A stretch of 64,000 nt of DNA. Origin: a virus. A program made the translations under genes and the position numbers. The stretch is taken from positions 30,877-94,876 of the IMG/VR virus record IMGVR_UViG_3300032307_000652; one strand, 5' to 3'. The notes beneath the pieces were generated by a model that was not told where the DNA came from, did not search any database, and saw only the letters and a program-made list of their open reading frames with translations. Positions 29,264-39,400 of the stretch are shown here, one piece after another (position 1 is the first letter of the stretch; every line of letters begins with the position of its first letter).

Positions 29264-30634
29264 ATGGCTGACAAAAATTTTGATTATTTGGGAGAGACCT
29301 TCCAATTACAACTTCTTAACCAAATGATAGTTGATAAGGACTTTTCACACTCAATTATTGAGGTGATTGAACCTAACTATTTTGAAAACAAATACTTTCG
29401 TTTATTTGTTCAGATGGTAAAAGAATACTATTCAAAGTTTGAACACAGTCCTAGTTTTGAGACAATTCAACAAAAAGCTAAGAGTGAAATTAGTCAGGAG
29501 TTATTATTAAAGATAACTCTTGACACTATTTCTGATATACAAAATGTTACCGAAGAAGGTACTCAGTTTGTTCAGGAGAAGGCTTTGAAGTTTTGTAAAC
29601 AACAAGAACTTCAAAAGGTTATGGATAAAGCTAAAAAAATCATTGACCACGGTGAGTTTGAAAACTACGACACTTTGGAAGAAATGGTTAGAGAGGCTTT
29701 ACAGGTTGGAAACGTGGATAGAGGAACAGGGGATGTGTTTCAAGACTTAGATGAAGTATTAGCGGATGATTACAGACATCCAATCCCAATGGGAATACCG
29801 GGTATTGACAATCTTTTGAAAGGTGGTTTGGCAAAAGGAGAAATTGGTGTTATATTAGCACCCACAGGTGTTGGTAAATCAACATTAACAACAAAGATTG
29901 CCAATCACGCTTTTAATTTAGGATTTAATGTTTTACAAATTTTCTTTGAAGATAATTATAAAATTATTCAGAGAAAACATTTTACATGTTGGACAGGTAT
30001 TGCTCCTGATGAACTGAGTAATCATAAAGAAACAGTATTGGCAAAGGTTGCTGAAATTAAAGAGAAAATGCCAAACAAGTTAGTGATGAAGAAGTTACCT
30101 TCTGACACATTAACTATGAATCAGATTAAAAATCAGATTAGAAAAATGATTGCTGATGGGACAAAGATTGATATGGTTATTTTAGATTATATCGATTGTG
30201 TTACACCTGAGAAAATGATGGAAGACGAATGGAAATCTGAGGGTTCAGTTATGAGAGCATTTGAATCTATGTGTCACGAATTGGACATCGCAGGGTGGAC
30301 GGCGACACAAGGTAATAGAAGTTCTATTTCATCAGATGTGGTAACTACCGACCAAATGGGTGGTTCTATTAAGAAAGCTCAAGTAGGACACGTCATCATC
30401 ACGGTGGCAAAATCACTACAACAAAAAGAATTGAATCTTGCGACTATTGCGATTACAAAGTCGAGAATTGGTAAAGACGGGGTAGTATTTGAGAACTGTA
30501 AATTCAATAACGAAATGTTAGAAATTGATACAGAAAGTACTACAACATTCTTAGGACTTGAGGAACAAAAGGAAGAAAGAAATAGAAACAGGATTAAAGA
30601 AATTATGGAGAAAAGAAAACAACAAACAGTATAA
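29264..30634 (+). CDS. dnaB: Replicative DNA helicase (DnaB / T4 gp41-like)
   Basis: APTGVGKST, ILDYID, WTATQGNR, KSRIG. Confidence 0.9.
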   Translation: MADKNFDYLGETFQLQLLNQMIVDKDFSHSIIEVIEPNYFENKYFRLFVQMVKEYYSKFEHSPSFETIQQKAKSEISQELLLKITLDTISDIQNVTEEGTQFVQEKALKFCKQQELQKVMDKAKKIIDHGEFENYDTLEEMVREALQVGNVDRGTGDVFQDLDEVLADDYRHPIPMGIPGIDNLLKGGLAKGEIGVILAPTGVGKSTLTTKIANHAFNLGFNVLQIFFEDNYKIIQRKHFTCWTGIAPDELSNHKETVLAKVAEIKEKMPNKLVMKKLPSDTLTMNQIKNQIRKMIADGTKIDMVILDYIDCVTPEKMMEDEWKSEGSVMRAFESMCHELDIAGWTATQGNRSSISSDVVTTDQMGGSIKKAQVGHVIITVAKSLQQKELNLATIAITKSRIGKDGVVFENCKFNNEMLEIDTESTTTFLGLEEQKEERNRNRIKEIMEKRKQQTV

Positions 30635-30647
30635 TTATTAAAACAAT

Positions 30648-31607
30648 ATGGAACAAAAAATGGAAAAAATTTTAGTAGAAAATCCAAATCGTTTTGTAAT
30701 TTTCCCAATACAATATAATGATATTTGGGAATTTTATAAGATGCATCAAGCTGCGTTTTGGACAGCAGAAGAAATCGATTTAAGCGGTGACCTACGTGAC
30801 TGGGAAAACTTATCAGAAAATGAACAATATTTTATCAAAAATATTTTATCGTTTTTCGCGGCATCAGATGGTATCGTAAATGAAAACTTGGCTGAAAATT
30901 TCTATAGAGAAGTACAATATCCTGAAGCTAAGTTTTTCTATGGTATGCAACTTGCTATGGAGAACATTCACAGTTTAATGTATTCACTTCTTATTGATAC
31001 TTACGTGTCAAATGAAGAAGAAAAAAACAAATGTTTTACTGCGTTAGATAATTTACCTGCGGTTCAGAAGAAGGCTAAATGGGCTTTGGATTGGATTGAA
31101 AATGCGTCGTTCCAAGAAAGATTGGTGGCATTTGCGGCTGTTGAAGGCATCTTCTTTTCAGGTTCATTCTGTTCTATTTTCTGGTTAAAATCAAGAGGTA
31201 TTATGCAAGGATTGTGTAATGCTAACGCTTTGATTTTCAAAGACGAAAACCTACACTGTGACTTTGCAATTCACTTGTTAAACAATCACGTTGAAAACAA
31301 ACCAAGTGAAAAGAGAATTAAAGAAATTCTACTTTCAGCTCTTGAGATTGAAAAAGAATTCATCACTGAATCACTACCTGTTTCTTTAATTGGTATGAAC
31401 CAAAACTTAATGAAACAATATCTTGAGTTTGTTGTTGATGGTCTATTGGTAAAGTTTGGATGTAAAAAACAATTTAATGTTGAACAACCATTTAAGTTCA
31501 TGGAACAAATTGCGGTTGAAACAAAAGGTAATTTCTTCGAGTCAAGAACTGTTGAATACCAAAAAGCTAAATTGAATGAAACATTGTCCTTTACTGACGA
31601 TTTCTAA
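30648..31607 (+). CDS. nrdB: Ribonucleotide reductase class Ia beta subunit
   Basis: [30 protein letters not shown] (radical Tyr), [21 protein letters not shown]. Confidence 0.96.
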   Translation: MEQKMEKILVENPNRFVIFPIQYNDIWEFYKMHQAAFWTAEEIDLSGDLRDWENLSENEQYFIKNILSFFAASDGIVNENLAENFYREVQYPEAKFFYGMQLAMENIHSLMYSLLIDTYVSNEEEKNKCFTALDNLPAVQKKAKWALDWIENASFQERLVAFAAVEGIFFSGSFCSIFWLKSRGIMQGLCNANALIFKDENLHCDFAIHLLNNHVENKPSEKRIKEILLSALEIEKEFITESLPVSLIGMNQNLMKQYLEFVVDGLLVKFGCKKQFNVEQPFKFMEQIAVETKGNFFESRTVEYQKAKLNETLSFTDDF

Positions 31608-31627
31608 TTTATTATTTTTATAGAACT

Positions 31628-34060
31628 ATGATGTCACTTAAAATTAAAAAGAGAGGTGGAGATGATGCGTCATTTAATCCACAAAAAATTTATAACCGTA
31701 TTAAAAGAGCTTCAAAGGGATTGAGTGTCAACTCCGATGAAATCTTTATTAAGGTTATCACTTCAGTACCAACTGAAGGTATTATTACAACAAAAGAATT
31801 AGATAAGTTAATCTATGAAATTGCTGCGGCATTTACAGGTAGTCATCACGATTATTCAAGACTAGCTTCATCAGTAGCTATTTCATCTTACCATAAAGAA
31901 ACTGACCCAAGTTTTTCAAACACAATGAATTTGCTACATGGTGAAGGTATCATCAATGATAAATTAATGGAAATTATTGAGGATTATGGGTCAAGTAATA
32001 TTGATGCGATTATCAATCATGATAATGATTATAACTTTGACTACTTTGCTTGGAGGTCACTTTCTGAAATGTATCTTTTGAAACTATCTGATGGTAAGGT
32101 AGTTGAACGTCCGCAACATATGTATATGAGAGTTGCTCTTTGGGTAACTAATACATTTGAAGAAGCGGTTGAATACTATCAGGCGTTATCTAACCAAAGA
32201 ATTTCACCGGCAACACCAATTATGATTAATGCTGGTACAAAGGTTCCACAATTGGCATCTTGTGTTCTTCATTACAATGATTCAGATTCTCGTGAAGGTT
32301 TGTTGAATACTATGAGAGACATCTCAACCTATTCATCAGACGCTGCGGGTATCGGATTATCAATGTCTAACATTCGTAGTAAGGAGAGTCGTATTTCATC
32401 TTCAGGTGGATACGCTGGTGGATTGTTGAAGTATTTGAAGATTGTTAATGAGTCACTTCGTTTCTTTAACCAACAAGGACGTAGACCAGGTTCTGCGGCA
32501 ATTTACTTGGAACCTTGGCATAAAGATATCTTTGATTTGTTGGATATTAAAAAGAACACAGGTGCTGAGGAATTAAGAGCACGTGATTTATTTACCGCTC
32601 TTTGGATACCTGATAACTTCATGAGGGCAGTTAAGAACAATGATGATTGGTATTTGTTCTGTCCTAATGATATTATTAAGGCAGGTATCAAACCATTACA
32701 AGAATCTTATGGTGATGAGTACGAGGAGAATTATGACAAAGCCGTTGAGTTAGGTCTTGGTAAAAAAGTTAAGGCTCAAGAAATTTGGAATAAAATTATT
32801 GAATCACAAGTTGAAACAGGTGTTCCATATCTATGTTCTAAAGATAGTGCCAACAGAAAAACAAACCATCAGAACATTGGTGTAATTAAACAATCAAATC
32901 TTTGTAATGAGATTTACCAATATACTGACGAGAAAACAACTGCAATCTGTACTCTTTCATCTATGGTGTTAAAGAACTATGTAAAAGACGGTGAGTTTGA
33001 TTTTAATGGGTTGTATGAAGAAACTCGTAAAGTTGTAAGAGCGTTAAACAAAGTTGTTAACATCAACAATTACTCAACTGAAAAGGGACGTAAGGGTGGA
33101 TTGGAACAAAGAGCAATTGCTATTGGTACACAAGGACTTGCTGACGTATTCTACTTGATGGACTACATCTTCACATCTGAAGAAGCGCGTAAATTAAACA
33201 AAGAGATTTTTGAAACAATCTATTTTGCGGCAATCACCGAAAGTAACAGATTGTGTATGGATGGTAAGTATGAACCATACGCTCACTTTGAAGGGTCACC
33301 AATGTCACAAGGAGTATTCCAATTTGATATGTGGGGGTTGAAAGAAGATGAGTTATCAGGAAGATGGCCTTGGTCAACTCTAAAAGAAAATGTTAGTAAG
33401 TATGGAGTTTGTAACTCATTATTTACGGCTCAAATGCCTGTAGCATCTTCAGCAAAGATTACAGGTTCATACGAAATGACAGAACCCGCTCACTCAGCAA
33501 TCTTTAACAGACGTGTGGTTGGTGGAGAGATTATGATTGTTAACAAGTATTTGATTAGTGATTTTGAAAAGATTGGAATTTGGTCTGAAGATTTAAAGAA
33601 TGAAATTATTATGAATGAAGGTTCAATTCAAAACATTAATTTCAATAACTACCTTGACCAAGAAGATAAAAGATACAACTTCAAAGTTAAAAGAACTGAA
33701 CATTTAATTAAGAAATACAAAACAATTTGGGAAATTTCACAAAGAGAATTGATTGAGATGGCGGCAGATAGAGCACCATTTATTGACCAATCACAATCAA
33801 TGAATATCTACATGTCAAACCCAACATTGTCAAAGATTTCATCATCACATTTCTACGGATGGGAAAAAGGATTGAAAACACTTTGTTACTACGTTAGAAC
33901 AAGAGCAATCTCAACGGGAGCTAAACACTTGGCAATGGATGTATCAAAAATTAACAAACCAAAACCAACACCTGAACCGCCAAAGGTAGATTATAGTTAT
34001 ATGAATTTACCACCAAAACCTGAAAACAGTGAATTTGATTGTTTTGGTTGTTCTTCTTAA
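31628..34060 (+). CDS. nrdA: Ribonucleotide reductase class Ia alpha subunit with ATP cone
   Basis: IKKRGG ATP cone, QLASC, QSNLCNEI, AICTL, DQSQSMN, YY pair, C-terminal CFGC. Confidence 0.96.
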   Translation: MMSLKIKKRGGDDASFNPQKIYNRIKRASKGLSVNSDEIFIKVITSVPTEGIITTKELDKLIYEIAAAFTGSHHDYSRLASSVAISSYHKETDPSFSNTMNLLHGEGIINDKLMEIIEDYGSSNIDAIINHDNDYNFDYFAWRSLSEMYLLKLSDGKVVERPQHMYMRVALWVTNTFEEAVEYYQALSNQRISPATPIMINAGTKVPQLASCVLHYNDSDSREGLLNTMRDISTYSSDAAGIGLSMSNIRSKESRISSSGGYAGGLLKYLKIVNESLRFFNQQGRRPGSAAIYLEPWHKDIFDLLDIKKNTGAEELRARDLFTALWIPDNFMRAVKNNDDWYLFCPNDIIKAGIKPLQESYGDEYEENYDKAVELGLGKKVKAQEIWNKIIESQVETGVPYLCSKDSANRKTNHQNIGVIKQSNLCNEIYQYTDEKTTAICTLSSMVLKNYVKDGEFDFNGLYEETRKVVRALNKVVNINNYSTEKGRKGGLEQRAIAIGTQGLADVFYLMDYIFTSEEARKLNKEIFETIYFAAITESNRLCMDGKYEPYAHFEGSPMSQGVFQFDMWGLKEDELSGRWPWSTLKENVSKYGVCNSLFTAQMPVASSAKITGSYEMTEPAHSAIFNRRVVGGEIMIVNKYLISDFEKIGIWSEDLKNEIIMNEGSIQNINFNNYLDQEDKRYNFKVKRTEHLIKKYKTIWEISQRELIEMAADRAPFIDQSQSMNIYMSNPTLSKISSSHFYGWEKGLKTLCYYVRTRAISTGAKHLAMDVSKINKPKPTPEPPKVDYSYMNLPPKPENSEFDCFGCSS

Positions 34061-34084
34061 TAACAAACAAATATCCGATGTGTT

Positions 34085-34114
34085 ATCCCGAGCTAGGTCG
34101 GGATTTTTATTTTT
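34085..34114 (+). terminator. Intrinsic terminator closing the replication block
   Basis: atcccga-gctagg-tcgggat followed by ttttattttt. Confidence 0.8.
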
Positions 34115-34118
34115 GTAG

Positions 34119-34126
34119 TATTTATA
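34119..34126 (+). promoter_or_regulatory. TATTTATA late-promoter-like motif (gp25)
   Basis: Directly after the terminator and 4 nt before ATG 34131. Confidence 0.6.
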
Positions 34127-34130
34127 TGAT

Positions 34131-34589
34131 ATGGCTCAAGGTAAAACATACGGTATAACATTTCCATTCAGAGATTCTTTTGACGGTAAATATTTAGATT
34201 TAACCGACTTTAGTGAAGATGAAATTAAAACCGATTTAATTCATTTGTTGTTAACGAGAAAAGGAAGTAGATATTTTCTACCAAATTTTGGAACTCGATT
34301 ATATGAATATATTTTTGAACCACTTGATGGTCCGACATTTAATGAGATTGAAACGGAAATAAAAGACGCGGTAACTACGTATATTCCTAATCTTCAAATC
34401 ACATCAGTTAAAGTTGAACCAATAATATCACCTGACGGACAATCAGATTTGGCAACTACTTTTCCTGAAACGGGAGAGATGACTTTACCTGATTTGGCAA
34501 TAAACGAACACACTGCAAAGGTAACAATAAATTATAATATTACTAGTGGAGTATTTAATACTTCGGACTTTATAATTATTAATATATAA
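34131..34589 (+). CDS. Baseplate wedge subunit gp25 / gpW-like
   Basis: LLLTRKGSRYFLPNFGTRLYEYIFEP. Confidence 0.9.
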   Translation: MAQGKTYGITFPFRDSFDGKYLDLTDFSEDEIKTDLIHLLLTRKGSRYFLPNFGTRLYEYIFEPLDGPTFNEIETEIKDAVTTYIPNLQITSVKVEPIISPDGQSDLATTFPETGEMTLPDLAINEHTAKVTINYNITSGVFNTSDFIIINI

Positions 34590-34590
34590 A

Positions 34591-36426
34591 ATGGCACAAC
34601 AAATATCATATACAACAAGGGATTTCCAAGCGATAAGGTTAGAATTAATAAATTACGTTCAAACTTATTATCCTGATTTAATTCAAAATGTTAACGACGC
34701 ATCGATTTTTTCAGTATTCTTAGATTTAAATGCGGCAGTTACCGACAATTTAAATTTTAATATTGACAGAGCGTTACAGGAAACTGTGTTACAGTATGCC
34801 CAAAAAGATATTTCTGTTTATAATATAGCAAGAACATATGGTTTAAAAATACCAGGATTAAGACCTTCTATCGCTCTTTGTGATTTTTCGATTATAGTTC
34901 CTGTTGATGGTGATACTGAAAATTTACAATATTGTGGTGTTTTACGTAGAGGTAGTCAAGTGTTAGGTGCTGGCCAAACATTTGAAACTTTATATGATAT
35001 TGATTTTGCTTCTGAATACAATTCAGAAGGTTTTCCAAACAGGTTAAAAATTCCAAATTTTAATGCTAACGGAACATTAGTAAACTATACTATTTTAAAA
35101 AGAGAACCTGTTGTAAATGGGGTAACAAGAGTATTTAAAAAGGTTATATCACAAACAGATTCAAGACCATTTTTAGAAGTGTTTTTACCTGAACAAAATG
35201 TTTTAGGAGTTACAAGTGTTCTTTTAAAGAATGGAAACAATTTTACAAATATTCCATCAGCTCAAGAATTTTTATCAACTGTTGATAGATGGTACGAAGT
35301 TCAGGCTTTGGCTGAAGACAGAATTTTTATTCCTGACACTACTAAAACATCTGACAATCCTGGTATTAAGGTTGGAAAATATTTACAAACAAATCAAAGA
35401 TTTATTACTGAATATACACCACAGGGCTATCTTAAATTAACTTTTGGTGGGGGTAATCAATCTACGGATGAATTATTAAGACAATACGCTTTAAACGGAA
35501 TTACTTTAGATATATCAAAGTATCAAAATAATTTTTCTTTAGGGTCAACTTTAAAACCAACAACAACATTGTTTATTCAATATCGTGTTGGTGGAGGACT
35601 ACAAAGTAATTTAGGTGTTGGTATTATTAATCAAATTGGAACAATTAATTTTTCAGTTAACGGTCCTAACTCTCAACAGAATTTAAATACTATTAACTCT
35701 CTTCAGGTGAATAATATTACCGCAGCGGTTGGAGGGGCTAACGCACCTACTATTGAAGAAATTAGAAATTTAGTTGGATTTAACTTTGCGTCACAAAACA
35801 GAGCGGTTACCATTAATGACTATGAAGCAATTTTAAGAAAAATGCCATCAATGTTTGGAGCACCTGCAAAAGTTGCGATAACTGAAGAAGATAACAAAAT
35901 TAAAATAAACATTTTATCTTATGATACGGAAGGTAATTTATCGAGTAATGTGTCAAATACATTACAAAGTAATATTGCTAATTACCTATCAAATTACAGA
36001 ATGATAAATGATTATATTTTTGTAAATTCTGCGAATGTGATTGATTTGGCATTTGATGTCTCAGTAGTATTAGATGCTAGTCAAAACCAAGGAACTGTTA
36101 TTACAAATTTAGTTGAAAAAGTTCAAAACTATATGAGCCCATCAACAAGAGAAATGGGTTCAAATGTCTACATATCAGAAATAAGAAGATTAGTTCAGGA
36201 AGAAGTTGGTGTAATAACAGTGACTGACATTAAAGTTTACAATAAAGTAGGTGGACAATATTCATCATCTCAAACTTCACAAAGATACGCGAATAGTGAT
36301 ACTAAACAAATTGAACTTATTGACGATACAATATTTGCGGAACCAACACAAATTTACGATGTAAGATATCCTAATAAAGATATTCGAATTATAGTAAAGA
36401 ACTTAACTACAGTTAACTTTAGCTAA
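34591..36426 (+). CDS. Baseplate wedge subunit (T4 gp6 / P2 gpJ-like)
   Basis: RDFQAIRLELINY, YRVGGG..SN, GGANAPTIEEIR, QNRAVTINDY. Confidence 0.88.
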   Translation: MAQQISYTTRDFQAIRLELINYVQTYYPDLIQNVNDASIFSVFLDLNAAVTDNLNFNIDRALQETVLQYAQKDISVYNIARTYGLKIPGLRPSIALCDFSIIVPVDGDTENLQYCGVLRRGSQVLGAGQTFETLYDIDFASEYNSEGFPNRLKIPNFNANGTLVNYTILKREPVVNGVTRVFKKVISQTDSRPFLEVFLPEQNVLGVTSVLLKNGNNFTNIPSAQEFLSTVDRWYEVQALAEDRIFIPDTTKTSDNPGIKVGKYLQTNQRFITEYTPQGYLKLTFGGGNQSTDELLRQYALNGITLDISKYQNNFSLGSTLKPTTTLFIQYRVGGGLQSNLGVGIINQIGTINFSVNGPNSQQNLNTINSLQVNNITAAVGGANAPTIEEIRNLVGFNFASQNRAVTINDYEAILRKMPSMFGAPAKVAITEEDNKIKINILSYDTEGNLSSNVSNTLQSNIANYLSNYRMINDYIFVNSANVIDLAFDVSVVLDASQNQGTVITNLVEKVQNYMSPSTREMGSNVYISEIRRLVQEEVGVITVTDIKVYNKVGGQYSSSQTSQRYANSDTKQIELIDDTIFAEPTQIYDVRYPNKDIRIIVKNLTTVNFS

Positions 36427-36477
36427 CATCCTTTATTTTTATAAAAGTGTGTTTAAAATATTTATTTAAAAACACAC

Positions 36478-39400
36478 ATGTCATCAACATACAGAATTAG
36501 AACGGAGTTAGGAGTAAACAAGACCATTCAGGTTAAGTTAGAACAAAATTACGACACTTTAGAGTTATTGTCTTTAACGATTTCGCCTAATAATTTATAT
36601 ACACGAGCTTGTGCGAATTATGGTGTTGTTTGTGGTAGAGTTTTTTGTAATAATGGTTTTGGGTTACCAAACGCTAGATTATCTATTTTTATACCTATTG
36701 ATGAATTAGATATTACAAATCAAGACATTTCAGTTTTATATCCTTATCAAAGTATTAATGACGTTAATGAGGATGGATATCTATATAATTTATTACCTTA
36801 CACACAATCTCATAGTGGACACGTTCCTGTTGGAACTTTTCCTGATAGGATTGATGCTCTTATTAATAAGACAGTAATTGAAGTTTATGATAAGTATTAT
36901 CGATTCACAGTGAGTACAAACGACTCTGGTGACTTTATGATACTTGGAGTACCAACAGGTCAACAGACGTTGTTTATGCAAGTTGACCTTTCCGATATTG
37001 GTGAGTTCTCAATGACACCACAAGACTTAATAAGAATGGGTCTTGCAACTGAATCACAAGTTGATGGAACAAGATTTAAATTTTCCGAAAACTATAATGA
37101 GTTACCTCAAATCATTAGTATTTCAAAAACTATACAAGTATCACCATTTTATGGTGAACCTGAGATTTGTGATTACTCAATACAGCAAGTTGACTTTGAT
37201 TTAACTTCTGAAAAAAATGTGACAATATCACCAACTGCGGTTTTTATTGGTTCTATTTTTTCGGCAAACGAGGGGACTAAAGTTGTTAATACAAATGATA
37301 ACGCTTGTAATGTTAAACGAGGTCTTGGTAGAATGTGTGATTTAATTCCCGGTCCTGGACAAATATTAGCTTTGAGACAAACAATTCGTTTAGATAATTT
37401 AGGTTTACCAATTATTGAACAATTTACATTAGAAAATGATGGTAAAATTATAGACCAAGATGGTACTTGGGTAACTGAAGTACCTATGAATTTAGATTAT
37501 GTATATACTGATGAGGAAGGTAATAGAAGAATAAGTGATAATCCCAATATTGGTATTCCTACAAAATCAAAATATAGATTTAAAGTTAAATGGGACCAAT
37601 CTCCGCAATTATCAGAATCTACTAAAAGAGGATATTTCTTAGTTCCAAATATTAAAGAATATGGTTGGACATACAATCCTCAAAATCCCTTAGATGACCC
37701 AAATTTACAAGATTTTGTTAGTAGTGTTGTCACTGTGGAAATTCCTGCAGGTGTTACTGAATCATTTATATATAATTTGATAAATGAAAATGAGGCGACT
37801 ACGTATGTTTTTAGACTTAATGAAACTATTAATGTCGATAATTTAAAAATAACTTATCCTGATGGAACACCATATACAAGTCAAAATTTTAGTAATAATT
37901 TTATAGGAGGACTTCCAAACTTTAGTTTATCATGGGAATCTCCTGATATAACAACTGTATCAACATTTATTTTTTACAAAATAATTTATAAAAGATTTCA
38001 ATTAGAATCATCATACGCGTTTAGTTTAGATTGGAATGATTATGCTAATGTTGATGACGCTTTGAGTTGTGAAGATACTTTTATGGAATTACATTTCAAT
38101 AAAGTATACACTGTAAGTCAAATTATTGACAGGTACTCAACAGGATTGAGACCGGGTAAAACAGTCCAAATTAAAAATATTCAAGACACAAGTTGTGATG
38201 GAGAAAAAAACAAATTTCCTATAAACGATGTTTTTGTTAATATTACATTTAACTATGTTTTTAACAGTTTAATTTTAGAAATAATAAAATATTTGTTAAT
38301 AGGGTTAGTCCCATTATTACACGTATTAAGTTTTCTTTGGTTAATTTTATCTCGAGTTATTGCTGCAATACTTTTAGTTGTTCAGTTGGTAATTTTTATA
38401 ATTTGTAACATAGTAAGAGGAATACAAGACATTTTTGGAACAGCGTCTTTGGATTGTCCACCACCGTCTGATTTTGGAAGTTTATTAAGAGAAAATCCTT
38501 TGAAAAATATTACACTTCCTCTTCTTTTATATACTGAAGATGGGTGTGAAAGATGTAATTGTAAAGCTGGTGATGTAACTGCGGATACCGATTTAATTGC
38601 GGAGTTCACACAAGTCCAAGAAGAACAAGTATCAATTTTAATGGATACTACAGGATTTCAAACGTATGCGAATAATCCGAATGATTTTACTTATATTCCT
38701 AATCTTATTTCTGGAAACGCTGGACTACCAGGTGTGGAAAAAAGAACTCCTCAATTGTCTGATTCATTTACACTTGTTACCGACCCAGATGCCGTTACAA
38801 GAACGATAGAATTAAATTATTATTCACAATCATTACCTTTTTCTGAAAGGTTAAATATGTTATCATTTCCTGGTAGATACTTTAAAGTGGGTACCGCAAA
38901 TGACCCATTGGGTATTAAAGTATATATTGAACCTGAGCTTAATACTCCGATACAGTCTTTTCCATATTGGGATGCTACGACTCAAACAGTTCAGCAACAA
39001 ATTGTTGTGGGTTCACCTAAATTCCATTGGGATAACGCTTTGATTATTGCGTTAGACCCAGGAATTGATTTAACTGTCGGTGAAATATTATCTTTTCAAA
39101 ATCCGGCACTTTCTAATGACCTTAACTATAAAAGGAATGAAAATTATCCTGCGTCTTTAGGTAAAATTGAGGCACCTCCTATCGAAACACCTGAAAATAC
39201 ACTTGGTAGTATTGGTGCGCAAATAACGGTAAACTGGACAAGAACTTATACATTTCTAAATTTAGGAAATGGATATCAAAATCCAAATGGACCAATTAAT
39301 GGAACCGCGGGTGGTGGTATTGCGGAACAAACTACTTATAATATATCATCAGTTACTGAAAATAATGCGGTTACATCATTTGCTGCGGACATTGAATATT

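Noticed and set aside
29264-34060. Inteins or introns in helicase or RNR
   Set aside because: Proteins are of normal length with contiguous motifs; no splice-junction or homing-endonuclease signatures seen
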